A stretch of DNA of 64,000 nucleotides from Balanoglossus misakiensis (lineage: Eukaryota; Animalia; Hemichordata): NCBI GenBank assembly GCA_040954595.2, contig CM082582.2:5316303-5380302 (forward strand), written 5' to 3'. Below the pieces are notes generated by a model. The model was not told the DNA's origin and ran no database searches. It worked only from the letters and a program-made list of their open reading frames with translations. A program made the translations under genes and the position numbers. How positions within the stretch are numbered: position 1 is the stretch's first letter; every line of letters begins with the position of its first letter. Positions 40,601-54,322 of the stretch are shown one piece after another.

Positions 40601-43307
40601 AAGTCGCTTGCGTCCACACACACAAAGTATATGTATAGAAAGATGAGTATACAACTATAGACAACCCAAAGAATATTTTGTGTGGAATTAAACTCACGAA
40701 TCGCAACAGTTTACCACGGTAGACCTTAGCTAATCTCGGAAATAGATCGGCAATTTGGCACATAGAGCCAACAAAAGCATTTCAAAACTGAACCATGTGA
40801 GAATGTCCGCTGTGTTTAGATGATTATCGCGATCGCGGCGTCGACAACGTTTTGCCGTGGCGTCGTAACCGTATAATTGCAACAGCCGATCGTTTGTGAT
40901 GGTTTGCTAAGACGATTGAAATGTGTCAAGCGCGTAGTAAAGTAAATCATTATGTATTACTAATAAACAGAATTCAGAACGACGGTTTACGGGGCTGTTA
41001 TGTCTGTTTTCTTTAGTTTTTGTGCTTTCAAGACTCAAAATGCTTGCTGTTGATATGCCTGTCATAGTAGATAGTATATTTTGATATTAAATTCTTCGTT
41101 CATCGTTATGTTTTTTCTATTAGTATACATCTTGTCCTCTATTTTGCTTTATCCTTTATTTTTTTATTTTTGCCTGAGTCAAGTTGTTTGTGTTTCGCCT
41201 GGGGGTGAGGCATGCCGGCCCGGTCGACATGTTTTTTTAAAAAAAAACTTTGTATAGACTTGGCTATATATATTGGCGCCTTTGTTAGCGATAAATGCTG
41301 GTCACATTGACCCATGACCCCTGCCGGCTCGGTTGACCTGTCTCGAAAAAGCCTCAATAGCAGCTTGGCACCATTTGCGCGTTTGTTATACCAGGTTCAG
41401 CCAGGGGACAAAATTAGACACAGAGCATTAATCTTTAGAGTCGCTTGCGCCCCTCCCCCCCCACACAAAGTATATTTATAGGCGCTGAGGCTGTGGATAT
41501 ATAGTGAATCAACGTTCAAATACACACAACATCCAACCAACTTGTAGGCACCAGAGTGAAAAACTCGCCAAAATGCATAATCGGTGTTTACCATTTATTC
41601 ATTTTGGTGGGATTTTTACTCTCATATCCTACAAACGGGAAGGAAGTTGTGTCGTTGAATGTTGATTCTCTATGTATCCACATGTAGAATAACATTAACG
41701 GTGTCTTGTATCAAACCATAGACCCTAGAGAAAGGGTCTATGATCAAACATAATTAATGGAAAAAGGCCTGCGAGAGAGAGGCTTTGTCCCTTTAAATGA
41801 AATAAGCCCTAGAACAAGCATTTTAAGACTCTCAAGAAATACTGTAGTCATACATTTTCCCTGCTGCATGCTAGTTCAGGGGCCCGTTTTACCACTGCCA
41901 GCAGTATTTTACCATCGCTCTCGTCCAATCAGAATGGCGGACGGTAGCATGATATAATATAATAACTCTAAGAAAGCGACATCAATTTTGGTGACGTAAT
42001 CAAAAACAAAATTCTCCCAGCTACGCCAAGGCGCCAAAGTTGTCCGAGTTTCTCCCTTCAACCATAGACCCTGAAGGAAGGGGATCTTCCTCTAGGGTAC
42101 TAGCTTCAAGCACTGCATGCCTAGAGTATTGTTTTATGTCATCTTCCATAGCAATGATGATGAAATCACTCTTCAAGCAAACTTACCGTTTTTATCCGAA
42201 ACGCCCACAGGACAGTGAAGAGTATGGCCTTTATCTCGAAAGTAAGCAAAATAAGGCGCCAGCCCCGCATCTATCTCAAACGAGTGAATGATGTAATCGT
42301 CTGCATCCGGGTATGTTTCTCGAAAGAGATTGACAGTGGAAGCAACGTTGGCTCCACAATCAAGAAACATCTTTCTTGGTTTCCGAGTCCTACAATGAAA
42401 TTAATAATCCTAATAATAATAGGATCGATTTCAACGAAAAATTTGCAGCTGTCCTTAATAGACAGGTAATATTCTATTTAAACTGTGACTTTTGTCTTGA
42501 AAATTTTGTCTTTAATAGAGAGGTGTCCGTAATGACAGGTTTCACTGTGTATGTTTTGGTCGCAAAGAATAACTTTGGGTTATAATTTTCCGAATATACA
42601 TTTATGAGTTGATTAAAATCGAGTTTACTCGCAAAAAAACAACAACCTGTGCATGCGCACACATCCGAATCTCACGATATTTCTTACCCCTGGCAGTTAT
42701 ACTCATAATATGTCATAGCAAAGACAGTATTTAAAGAAAGAGAAGTTATTACAGGTCGATGCTTTATGTAATGATCCCGACTTTCGACCAGTTCCAAAAT
42801 GGGTTCAATCAAATATACGGATCCACACAGCAAAATCTTAACTGAATAGTGAATGTTAGCTGAGGCAATGCAATGCACACACATACACTATCCTCGATGT
42901 GTTGAATTTTGGTGGCCGGACGACATGGGGTTTATTAAATGTAAATTTGACTAGAAGACGTCTAAATCATTTTTTAAACAATTAATAAATTCATCAATTT
43001 TGATTCTCCTTCAAGTGACTGATACATCAGCATTGTTAGTGAGTAGGCAAAGGGCGAGTAGTTCTTCAATTAGTGACGTCACAAGGACGTGGGCAAACGA
43101 TAATTTCTGTCCACACAAGGTCGAGGTCGTTACTTACCCGTCATGCGCCGGGGGTATAGTAAGGGTGTTCTGGCGATCGGTAATGTCAACGGCAGCCTTA
43201 TGTCGGTCTCTTGGGCTGTGCAGTATTTCTAAGTTAACCAGCATACAACCCAGGGCAAAGCTTCCCAACATGGCTAAAATGGTGCAAATCCGCCGTCCAT
43301 TTGCCAT
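37654..43307 (-). CDS. FkbM-family methyltransferase + NodB-like fusion protein, copy C (503 aa)
   Basis: Exons 43307-43138, 42389-42187, 40206-39909, 39405-39249, 39126-38673, 37883-37654; same exon lengths as copy B, GT-AG, no stops seen; GDYH instead of GEYH. Confidence 0.9.
38387..38534. repeat. ~150-bp hairpin insertion specific to intron 5 of copy C
   Basis: GGGCAACACCACGATTTGAAGCCTG...CAGGCTTCAAATCGTGATGTTGCCC; not seen in A or B. Confidence 0.8.
41717..41742. mobile_element. 26-bp transposon remnant with a perfect 7-bp TSD
   Basis: atcaaac|CATAGACCCTAGAGAAAGGGTCTATG|atcaaac; empty site CTTGTATCAAACATAATTAATGG in the sister MITE at ~8972. Confidence 0.88.
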
Positions 43308-45624
43308 TGCTGGTGACCTGCTGTATCTGAAAAAAAAACAGCACATGCGCATAATATTCAAATGGACGACGCCCTGACCATTAACGTTTGTTTATGGGTA
43401 AGGGCGAAGGGATAGCAAAACATTCATGGGCGAGGCTTCCTTCACAGATGAATCTGACAAAATTGATACAAAAAAGTACACAGTCGCCATTAAACTATAG
43501 ACTATTGGTGGACGAAGATGCAAAATAAGTCAAAATCCTCAATGACATTTCACCCGAAGGAATCTGTGAACGAGCGAGCGCGTTCATTTCACCCTTCATC
43601 GTCCAACAAGGTCGTCTCGCACAGGTAAGGTTAGTCATAAAATACCGGGAATTATGTCCGCGAACATAGCCTAAAACCTGTTTTTTTTTTGTAAGCAACC
43701 TTATAATGAAATGCATTTTAGCGGGCTAGATGAAACAACGCTTTACTTGCACAACGAACTGGGCGTTCACTTGGTCAGCGTTTTACCAGGTTCACACACA
43801 GAAAAAAAAATTGAGACTCTGTTTGCCTATGGTAAACACAGAGCATTAATCCTTTGAGTCGCGTTGTGTCCACACACAGAGTTTATGTATAGGCTCTGAG
43901 GCTCAAGGTTTGCGGAGAAGTGTTAATCCTTACACTGGCTCAGGTCTGGCCGGCAAAGCCGTCTCAAATCTGAGACGTTTCAGGACCACTTGTAACAATT
44001 TACGCCAGTATTTCATCTGAGACGCTTCAGAATCGTCTTAATGGTGTGTGTGTGACCCCAATATTTTTTGAAGATCACTAAACGGTTTAAATAAAATAGG
44101 CAACATGACAAAACACAGGCTGATTAAAAAAAAACAATTTACATAGTGGTCAGGAATATCATTGAAATCATTCAATTCCCGACAACTGATCGTTACGCAG
44201 AGATCTTAGTTTGTCTACTGATTGAAAATATAGATAAAGAAAAAAATTGGTTGCTTTCCAGTGTGTATTCGTCAAGTTATGAACGATCGAACTTGTTTAC
44301 ATTTTGTCCATGAGAGTAACATTGTGCAGAACAGCGCGGGAGAATGGTGCGTCGTAAAGCAAGGCACCCACAGGTAGATAATGAACAACTCTAAAAATGT
44401 GCACAAGTTTGACTTACTTAAAAAACATAGTTCAGGGGACACGAAACCTACCTATGAAGACAGGTGCTGAGGTGATTTGAGTCAACAGAGTCTGTGCTTC
44501 TGCTGCTCTGAATATGCAAACTGATGATGCATGGCCGCTGATGTGAGTCACGGTGGCCGGCTGACTCTCCTTCACCTTTTCAGTGTGACGAGCCAAATGA
44601 CCTTTTTAGGGTCACGCCATTATCCGAAAAGAGAATATACATGTACCTTTACAGTTCAGTTCAGGTGCACAACAGTGCATGTTTATTGATTTACGTACAT
44701 ATGTATGTTTGGAAGACGGTACGTGCGAGAGACGAGTGTCCTCGATTTATATATAACGCTCCTCACTTTTCGATTCATGCAAGCCATGCATAAATAGCCT
44801 TCGTCTTGGTCAGAGAATCTGTGAATGACAAAAGTTTTTTTTGTGTGATAGTAGTAGAATGCTTTGCATTTACACGTTGATTTTAAAATTTTAAGATTAT
44901 TTTTTTTAAACAATTCATCCATAACAAACACAGAAAGTATGTCTTCTTAGGATAGGATGACCTGGATAGGATACTGAAAAGCGGTTGATTGACAGCACGT
45001 TTGAAGGCTAGAGTTTCAACCGACGAGGTCCGAAAATCATGAACATCGCCCCCCCTGATTTTGCGTCCGTCTGGGGGAAATTACGCCGTAAATCGGTAGA
45101 ATGCATATGCATGGTGGCAATCTGTATGCTTTGTGGAGGATTTTGCGGTCGAAAAGGTCGGAAAATTATGCATAGTCGGGTACGTGTGTCATCGTGTTCC
45201 TCAATACAGAGTCAACTTCTCGATGAAAGCCCCACCCCACCCCGGACCGGCATAAATCAAGCGCCTTTGCCTGACAGGAAAATGGGTCATAGAAGTTAAC
45301 GTTATTTTAATACAAAATTAAACCTCGTCCACTTTGTTAATGAAGTTCACAACCGAATAGTATATACAAGAAGCCTAATCGTTGGTTTGACTTTTATTAT
45401 AAAATTTTCCCAACCTCCGCAAAAATAACACATTGCAAGCCCATATCATCCGTTGCTTTGGTGACTAAAATTCATAATATTTGCATTGATTTGATTATAT
45501 CTTACGTAAAATTCCAAGTGTATTTACATGCACATGTTTTCTTCGTGAACATACGGCCGCTTGGAATACTTTATAGTAATTCGTTTGATTTCGAGTCTAT
45601 ATGGCCGTCATTATTTTTTTTTCA

Positions 45625-47331
45625 TCACAGAATGACACAACAACATTTATCGTCATCACTGTGGTCGCTGCTGACGGTGGCTTGGTATTCAATCGCCCTG
45701 ACGCCAGTGTTGACTGTGGTGGCGCCGTCATCTTCTTCGGTCTCATCAACCAATGCTCGCAACATCGCCAAGGCCAGGAGTCCTCCAAGCAATTCACCTA
45801 CGTCATCGCCATCTTCATCTGCAACGGGAAATACGGCGAGAGTTCAGTGTAAAATATGTACGGATTGTCCTCAAGCCGGACAATAGATTGTCTACGTCAA
45901 ATTTTCTTTTAAAGATTTAGGTTAAGGTAAATCGACGTCATAAAATTAATATATACCTTGGTCTAATACCTGTACGTCGTTCTGCCCTTGTTTACATCTG
46001 TAATGGTTTTTCTTGCCGTTTGGCCAACGAACCTAAAATGGACATCAAGTAAAAATAACACTTTGAATTGGTAGTTAATACTACATGCGTACATACTTGG
46101 CCTAAGACCCCCCCACCCGATGACATTCCGTTAGGTTTAGCCCTAGACTGACAAAAACGCATTGTTTTCGATGGTACAGCGTCACCGACGCAAAGCTATT
46201 TACAATGGTACACATTCAGATCCAGAAGAAAAAAACAGTATGTGTACACTGTATATGCATGGCTATCATCATTACTGTCACTGTTAGTCGTGTAACTTGA
46301 ATTATCGTATTGAGTGTTCTGCGTCGTCCTCTTCTTTTGCAGAACTTCCTATATGCAAATTACGAGTTAACATTTCATTTATATACAATTTCTTCACAAT
46401 CTCCACGAATAAAATACGTACATGTACATTGAAATCTTCATCTGGCTCTACTTTGTACACGGCACCGACGTTCCCTTGGCCGCCATCTTGATCGCCCCAT
46501 TCCCAGTCGTTTCCTGCAAGTGTGCATTCAGAAAAAAATCTGTCATGTGCAGTGTGCAGGTCAAAAAAATTTGACATACAAGTACAGCTAGATAAATGTT
46601 ATGAATTATCTCGTTATCATATAATAAATCTTACAATGAAAATCGAAAAAGAGGAAACGTTTCAATCATTTTGTCGTTCGGTGTAATTTTTATGCTTTAA
46701 AGAACAGTCGGCGTTTCCTGTGTAGTAACATTTGAAGAAGTTTACCCCTGATGACGCGCATTCCAACTTGGACCCCCTGGCCACGGACCATCTTTCTTGG
46801 TTCGTCTACAACCTGTTGACATTCAAGCACAATGTCAGTTTCGTGCACAATACTTCTGCGGCCATTTTTGTCTGTTACATTTCAGGGTACATATTTAGAC
46901 ATTAATTTGGTACTACACCACCAATATCAAATGTACAGAATGTTTAATTATTAAATATGAATTACCCGCACGTCTCTGGCCCCTTCTGCGCCGTGGCGGT
47001 ACTCATTACACCGACCGGTGTCCCATTCCACTTTCACCACACCTTAAGGGTTGTGCGAATGTGCGGGTGTGTGAGACAGACAGACAGACAAGGACAGAGG
47101 GGGAAAGAGAGGGAGGGAGGAGGAGAGTGAAGGGTTAGAGACAGAGAGGGGTAGAGATAGAGATATAGAAAAAAAAGACGGAGACAGACAGACAAACAGG
47201 CAGAAAACAAACAAACAGACAGACAGACAGAGACATGCATACATACATACATACATACATACATACATACATACATACATACATACATACATACATACAT
47301 ACATACATACATACATACATACATACATACA

Positions 47332-47363
<32 letters not shown>

Positions 47364-47436
47364 CATACATACATACATACATACATACATACACATACAT
47401 ACATACATACATACATACATACATACATACATACAT

Positions 47437-47479
<43 letters not shown>

Positions 47480-50400
47480 AACAGACAAACAGACAAACAG
47501 ACAAGGGAAGAGTGAGTATAGAGGGGAAAGAAAGTGAGTGAGACACGGAGTGAAGGGTTAGAGACAGAGAGGGTTATACAGACAGAGACAAAGAGACAGA
47601 CATATAGTCAGACAAAGAATGAGAGACACGGAGTCAGCCGGATGAAGATATCCCTGACAGACCCAAATACTGATAGGTAGACAGGTGCAATTAACAAAAC
47701 AGGGATGGAAAAAAAGTATAATGGCGGCATTGTTAAGGAAAAACAGTATTAATATATCCAGGATAGCCGGGATCACTGTCACTCCTGTAGTTGGGAATCA
47801 CCGGCTGAGATATAGACACTGGTATGATAGCAACCCCATTTTTTACAGCATTGAACTTCGGGTGAAGAATATTGACCGAAATATGCATTTCTCGATTACC
47901 ACGGATCTGCTAGGCACGCAGCACACTAACAAGTGAACCCAAAGAATACTTTTTATAGGCTATTCTCAACTGAACTTTATTTCCTGCATGTTGCAATACT
48001 TACCTCCCTGTTTATGCTTGACCACTGTGCCAACACCATGGCCGTCTTGGTTTCCCCATTTCCAATCACGACCACGGCGGACGCGGACACCGAGTGGCGG
48101 ATATCCTTCGATTTCCTGTTTGACAAAAACAATCATAAACATTCCAATCAATCAATTTTGCCATACTTTACTTCAAGTGAACACCCAAACGTCGCATAGT
48201 TACTTGTGAGCGTGTTTTTATGTGTATATGCATCATGCGTGTGCCTGCGTGTGAATACAATGAACCTCGTACCCGGAATCGTTTTTTGTAGAAATGACAT
48301 TGAAAAACAATACGACGATGCATTCTGACCTGACAAAAAGGTCATATACGATCAATATCTATGCCATTGAGAAGACGTATTCAAGCCAAATACAAGCTAA
48401 GTCTTAGAAGCGATAAAAAGGAACAAGTCTTTAAAGATTTACCAAATCATCGTCGTCATCGTCTGAGTCAGAAAGGATCAGCATCGCCAACAGAAGCGTG
48501 AACAACCCTTGCTGAAATGGTAAACGGACACAAAGGTCTTTTTATTCAAGGAGCTCATTCCTGTGTTATTTTGTAACTACGGGAGGATATTGAAAAAAAA
48601 ACTTCACAGACAGAATCAGCCGTCATGCTATGTTGTATTTTTTGTTTTTGTTTCCGAGACCAGACCTGTGGTAGTTACGTATGCATGTAGACCCTAAGGA
48701 CTTTGGTTAATTCTACTGTTTAAAATGACGCTGAGACTGCCACCAAACAAGTACTTTGAAATTAAATTTATTCTGGATGAAAGGTTAAGATCATAGTATC
48801 ACACATACAAAGTACACAAATAAGAAGTATTGGAGACCCAACTCACCAACTCCTCCTCCTCGACCGCTTCTCCCATCTGCTGGAAAAACTGACGCAGCAA
48901 CAACAGGTTTCGCAACTGTTCAACATCTGTAGAAAGTCAATTATGCAAATGATCATCAGAATCAATCCGCCAGTACGTGAATGCATACACCGTAAAAGGT
49001 AAAACTCCGCATGCATGGTTTGCATTGAAATAATTTGGAACTATTTTGTGATAATAAGGAGATCTAAAATATGAATTCTGAATTCTGTGCCGGAAACTGC
49101 ATTTCTCGACATTCTTGCAATTTTTTCGTGTTTTCCAGTAAAAACAAATGAATTGCACTTTTTATTTCTTACAAAAATAACCTACGACCATGAATTGTTA
49201 ATTATCTTCAGGTTATTTTCCAGATTTTATTGTTACAAAGTAGTTCCAGTTGTGTTATATTTGTAAGTTATTGTGTTTACTATTGTAGGCAAGAGAACAG
49301 TCAAATCCATGCAGACTTTAAAATGTTACCAGAATGTCAGACCAATAGAGATTACACAGAAATGTAAACATGTAGGGTATTGGCATTTTGTAACATATAA
49401 CGATCGTCATGGCAACCTACCATGGGAAAACTTTGCAACAAACTGGATAAGCAGCACTTGCTTACGAAAGAAGTCACTCAGTTGACTGACGTCACCCAAA
49501 ACAAACATTCCACTTGTAAACTTAGCGATTGCAGCCAGTAGTTCCTTGCGAGAGTACATCAGAAAATTATAGTGCAAATTATGTTGAAAGCAAAAAAAAA
49601 TGTTTGCGTTTTAAGAGGTCAGACAATACTAAATAAACAGTAAAACGTTGAATCAATGGTAACTCTCAACAAACAGTTAATATGACTGTCTTGTTTACTT
49701 TTTTCCAAACTCAGTGGTTTTGTGGGTGTTTACGTCATGACGTTTATGATTATATCACGGGGCCTACAAGTTCGCTTGCTCCGTCGTTGTCCTTCTTCTG
49801 TTTAACCTTCGTTCATTCGAACTTCAAGTTCTCAAAAAAATAAAAATTGGAAGTTTTACTTTTTTAGACCTACCTTATCAACATCGCTCCCGCAACCAAC
49901 GCATGCTATCGGTATGGGATGAGGCAGCCCGACTGTTTTCCACAGTGGACCGTACGACAAGGCAACATTGACCACTTCGTTACGATTCTGTGAAACACGT
50001 TCAAAACGCTATACAGTCAAACCTGTGTTAGTTGTCACCTCTATAGTGGCCACCTCTATATAATGGCCACTTTGTTAAAGGTACATATGCAATTAACATG
50101 TGCATGTAGATCAATTGACCTGTCTATAAAGGCCATATGTCCATAATCAGTTTTAAAGGAAGTCCCTTGACTGGCCACTATAGACAGGTTCGACTGTATA
50201 TGTACTCTTAGACTCTCTCACAACCCCTCTCGTCATCCATGCAGGCTTATGGACTGATTGCATGTGTGCCCGGCTAGACAACACCATATGGGGCTTCTCC
50301 TTTGCTAAACAGTTGAGGGCGCATCAGTGAAGAGCCTGTAGCGAACCGTAGGCTGTGAGAGAGTCTAATGTACTCTGTACACATTCTGCAGTTACCCCCA

Positions 50401-52125
50401 ACATTGATATATAGGGGACGCTGTGGACCGATAGTGGCACTGGCGCGAAGAACAAAAAATATATATGGGCTTCTTTAATATGACGCACGGGAAACTCAGG
50501 ACCCTTCGTCGGTTCACTTGCAAGAATATGTAAATGGGTCAACATGATTTGCGAACAAAGCACAGCTGTCAGCAGAACTCTTGATAAGACCCACCCCGTG
50601 ACAACGAACGCTTGAGTTTTGAATTTATTGACCCTTTGCAAGCACTTCCACTCAGCACACTACCATATACAGGTATGCTGTTACATAAAGTGAAATTATA
50701 ACAGGGACGTGACGGTGTGCGCTTATTATTAAATTGTCAGTTGCGTGCGTGCATATGTTCACTCATACTTTTATGCGATGGCAAACACTGACTGCTGGTC
50801 ACAGGACCGATAGGAAAATGGAAAACAAAACAATACGTGTATAATTCTGTGAAATTGAGTTTTTAGTCTTTCAATTGGCGGGTCTGATTCTATCTCTGAA
50901 TATTGCAAGGAACTCGAATGAATAATGCAGCAACAGTGATTACTTACATCAGGCTGACCGTCGGTCATCATGATAATTCTTGGGGTCATCTTCCTGCCAC
51001 CAGGCAAGTTTAGAACTCCTCCTGTGTTATACAAGAAGGGATTTGAGGCTAGCCGTATGAATTAATGTTTATTCACTGACCATTTTCTATGCGGTGTGGT
51101 GTGGTGTGGTGTGGTGTGGTGTGGTTTGGTGCGGATGGGATGGGATGGGATGGGATGGGAGATAGGATCGCCGATGTGTTGCAATTGAGTTGTGAATCAA
51201 ATTCGAGAGTCACTGTGATTAATGCTCACCACGAGTGATGATTTCCTTCATCGCTTCCAACAGTCCATCGGACATTGGCGTCTTTCCACCCGCACGTAGG
51301 TTGTCTGGAAAAGTGAACCCGAATTTGCGTTAAGGGTCTATGATATTTCTAAGTCAGCGACCCCAAATAAATTTTCAGTTTTTCTCAGATGCTCTGAATT
51401 TTCACATCAAAATGAAATGTCCCATTTCACTCCGCTTTAGTCGCATCCGTCTGATACAGGATGGACATAATTTTTTTATGTGCTGTGTCCTGTTTACATT
51501 TTAAGCTGATCCAACATAAAACGTGAACACAAAACAACAAATGTCTAACAATTAATTCACTGTCGGAGAAGGAAATATATAAGCTTATCAAGCGTTGCAA
51601 TGGATGGCATTCTGTTTACGTACAATGTACATGTAGACATAGGCCTACACCGCTTTTTTTTATACATACAGGGTGTTTGAATAGAGAGAGACATTGCCAC
51701 TGCCCGTTCATCACGTGCCTTGTTCAAATCTGCCCACGCAATGTCAGACCTTGGTAATAATAATATGGCTTGCTCTCACACCCAATGCAGATTAACGCGA
51801 ACAATCAACGAGCGAGGCAAATTGAGGTTTGCGGACATTTTGATGTGATGAATTTGAGCTTTTTAAACGAAAGGTGTCAAAAACTGGACTGACGTGTATA
51901 CTAACCTATGGCTGTGTACACACGATTGTAATCATTGGTCAGTGGCTGGACGACACGAACGGAGAGGCCAAATTCCACAACGGCTACGTTCTCCTTGAGG
52001 TCAAACTGTTGAGCCGTTTGCTGAACACCAACCAGGAATTCTTTGCAGGCTTTCTTCAGCTCTGCTAAACCACGTCCCGCCATGGAACCCGAAGTGTCCA
52101 GGCAAAGCACTGTGTCCAATGGCAT
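45625..52125 (-). CDS. VWA + 2x MIB/HERC2 protein with acidic tail and C-terminal CaaX (gene E, ~457 aa, 13 coding exons)
   Basis: Exons 52125-51906, 51304-51230, 51021-50948, 49987-49874, 49544-49421, 48926-48847, 48511-48443, 48115-48004, 47042-46966, 46812-46746, 46513-46422, 46032-45957, 45818-45625 = 1374 nt, phases consistent. MIDAS DTSGS..T..TDG; GVRVRRGRDWKWGNQDG..VEWDTG..YRHGAEGARDV; ends DDDKCCCVIL*. Confidence 0.87.
47180..47502. repeat. (TACA)n/(CAGA)n compound microsatellite in an intron of gene E
   Basis: Direct reading. Confidence 0.97.
50014..50196. mobile_element. Tc1/mariner (pogo/Tigger-like) MITE, TA TSD
   Basis: ta|CAGTCAAACCTGT...ACAGGTTCGACTG|ta. A related single end (ACAGGTTTCACTG) lies in intron 1 of all three methyltransferase copies. 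Confidence 0.85.
51092..51160. repeat. (GGTGT)n/(GGGAT)n pentanucleotide repeat
   Basis: Direct reading. Confidence 0.93.
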
Positions 52126-52422
52126 TGTGAATCTTCGCTATTTTGAAATGATAATGGCATGAAAAATATTATAAAGAATAAATGCTAATATTCCGTAATG
52201 CAAAAACAAACATGGCATCTCACTGGCAGAATTTAAAGTTCTGGTTTATCAGTAGTATTGACTGTTTGTGGTGATTTGTCGTTTTTATCAACATATACAC
52301 CATGTTTTCAGATCTGGGGTTAAGAAAACGAAAATGTATGAGGAAACTTGTCTTTGCATTGGGTCTTTCTATAAATAAAATCACTGCTCCATTTCGGGTT
52401 AATTTAAAAAACACTAGCTTAC

Positions 52423-53262
52423 CTTCCAAGGCCCTTCGCCTTCCGCCTAACAAAAGTGCGACTATTCTAGACCAGTAGACGTAAACGCGATAACAGTTGA
52501 ACCCGCAGAAATGTCAAGAAGGTTGACCTCATTACGCATGTCCAAGACGGAACTAAAAGTGGCAATTGTCCGTCTCCGAATCAACCGTGCGTAGCGAAAT
52601 GTTATTCACATGGTTTTGGCGAATTTATCAAAGTTTTTGGCAAAGTTCAAGTCTTTTAACTGTATTTTAAAACGCTTTTAATTTAATTAGCCGCTGCTAA
52701 GTTATTTAGTGACATTGAATTTTCAAACCGATTTGTTTTTAATCAAAGGACAATATAACCATAGTGGATATTGGGGGTTCTGAAAAAATATTGACCCATT
52801 TTTAAATTAGCGAGTTCATAAATTAAATGAACTAAACAGCATTCTAGTAGTGAAACAGCATGTTTTGCAGTACGCTTTATCTATAAGCTTATACTTACAT
52901 TATTTCGAAACTGAAGATGATGACGATATTTTCAGACAAGAGCTCTAATATCACATCTATATGTGAAAACTCTTGTCAAAATATTTTTTTGAATATTTAT
53001 TTCATTACTAATTCCACTTTCATTTTCGTTTCCATTTTCATTAGCGGAGTGAGTGAATTCTCTGAATTTTGCGTCATACGATACACCGAATGGGGTTATA
53101 GGTCACCTGCGTCAACCAATCCATGTAACCACAAAGACGAACCAGGTAAACGCCGTCAATACAACAGCTTTCGCAATTTGAACTCCACGTCGCACCAAAT
53201 CCACCGGAATCAGATATTATGTAAGAGCCGAGGAGATCCTCCGAACCGTTTCCAGACACCAG
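52423..53262. promoter_or_regulatory. Putative bidirectional promoter with flanking 5'-UTR exons of genes E and F
   Basis: Minus-strand donor AG|GTAAGC at 52422 and plus-strand donor AG|GTAATG at 53263, with acceptors just before each ATG; ISRE-like GAAACGAAAATGAAAGT (- strand) at 53016-53032. Confidence 0.45.
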
Positions 53263-54322
53263 GTAATGACATGATAGTCTTGTAGGCGAGTGCGAATAGC
53301 AATAACATCCTAATGCGCAGTCGCTGTTGTTGCGCAGTAGAAATACACTGTGTTAATATTGTACTGCAAATATGCTGTCTCGTGATTGCAATATCTGTGC
53401 ATTGGTGGCCTACATAACATTTCAGTCTTTCATTTTGACAGTGAGTACGTGGTTTCGTGCCCTATTATTATGCTCACTAATTATCAATTTACGTCCAACA
53501 AATTCTATTTTTATCGAGCTAGAATTAAGAGCGTAAATATACACAACACCATGTTACTTCCGGGTATAGTGACAATGGGGTACGAATACAAGGAAGCGCA
53601 AGCCTAAAATCTATGCAGTCGGGAATTCACCTCTCTGTACAAGTCTACACTAAGTAGTTGATTAGCGGCAGACTACACATGTACATGCTGGTATCAAGTC
53701 CGTCGGCTTTATTCAGCACAGAAAGTACATATCTTAAAAGCCGGACACGTCCAGAGGTTATATGGGTTAAAGGTTGATTTGACCAAACAAATTCTGTCAT
53801 CACCCCTGTTGGGTTAAAGTTCACGATTATATTTCGTGCACACATTCAACACCCGCTCATTTTAGTTTGTATTTCTCAAAACAAGGACTTTCAAGTTGTT
53901 CTGTATTTGCGCTTTCGTCGGAACTTTATTATTCCATCATCATTTAAATGGACGTTTATTAACCCATGATACAAATTATATAAAGTTAATTTGGTTTACA
54001 TGATTTAAATTGTAAAGGTATTAAAAACAAGATAGTGACGTTCCATTCCTGACACGACCCGACAAATGTATATTTCTCTTAATTAGTGAAATATGAATGA
54101 TGTGCATTTTCACAGCCAATGTAGGCCTGATATGTTCTGAATTTCCCTTAGCATTATAAACAGTATATATTAGCGAATAAAGTGTGAGAAAAGTGAAACT
54201 TAATAATTCACGAGTTCTATAGTTTTCCACATCTCTAGTTAAAACTGCCTGTCTTATTAACATCCATCTTTCAGGCCAACGTTACACATAGAATATAACC
54301 TGTCTACCCAGCCAGTACCAGT

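Noticed and set aside
45458-45886. Plus-strand Ser-rich 142-aa ORF
   Set aside because: Antisense shadow of the acidic last exon of gene E.
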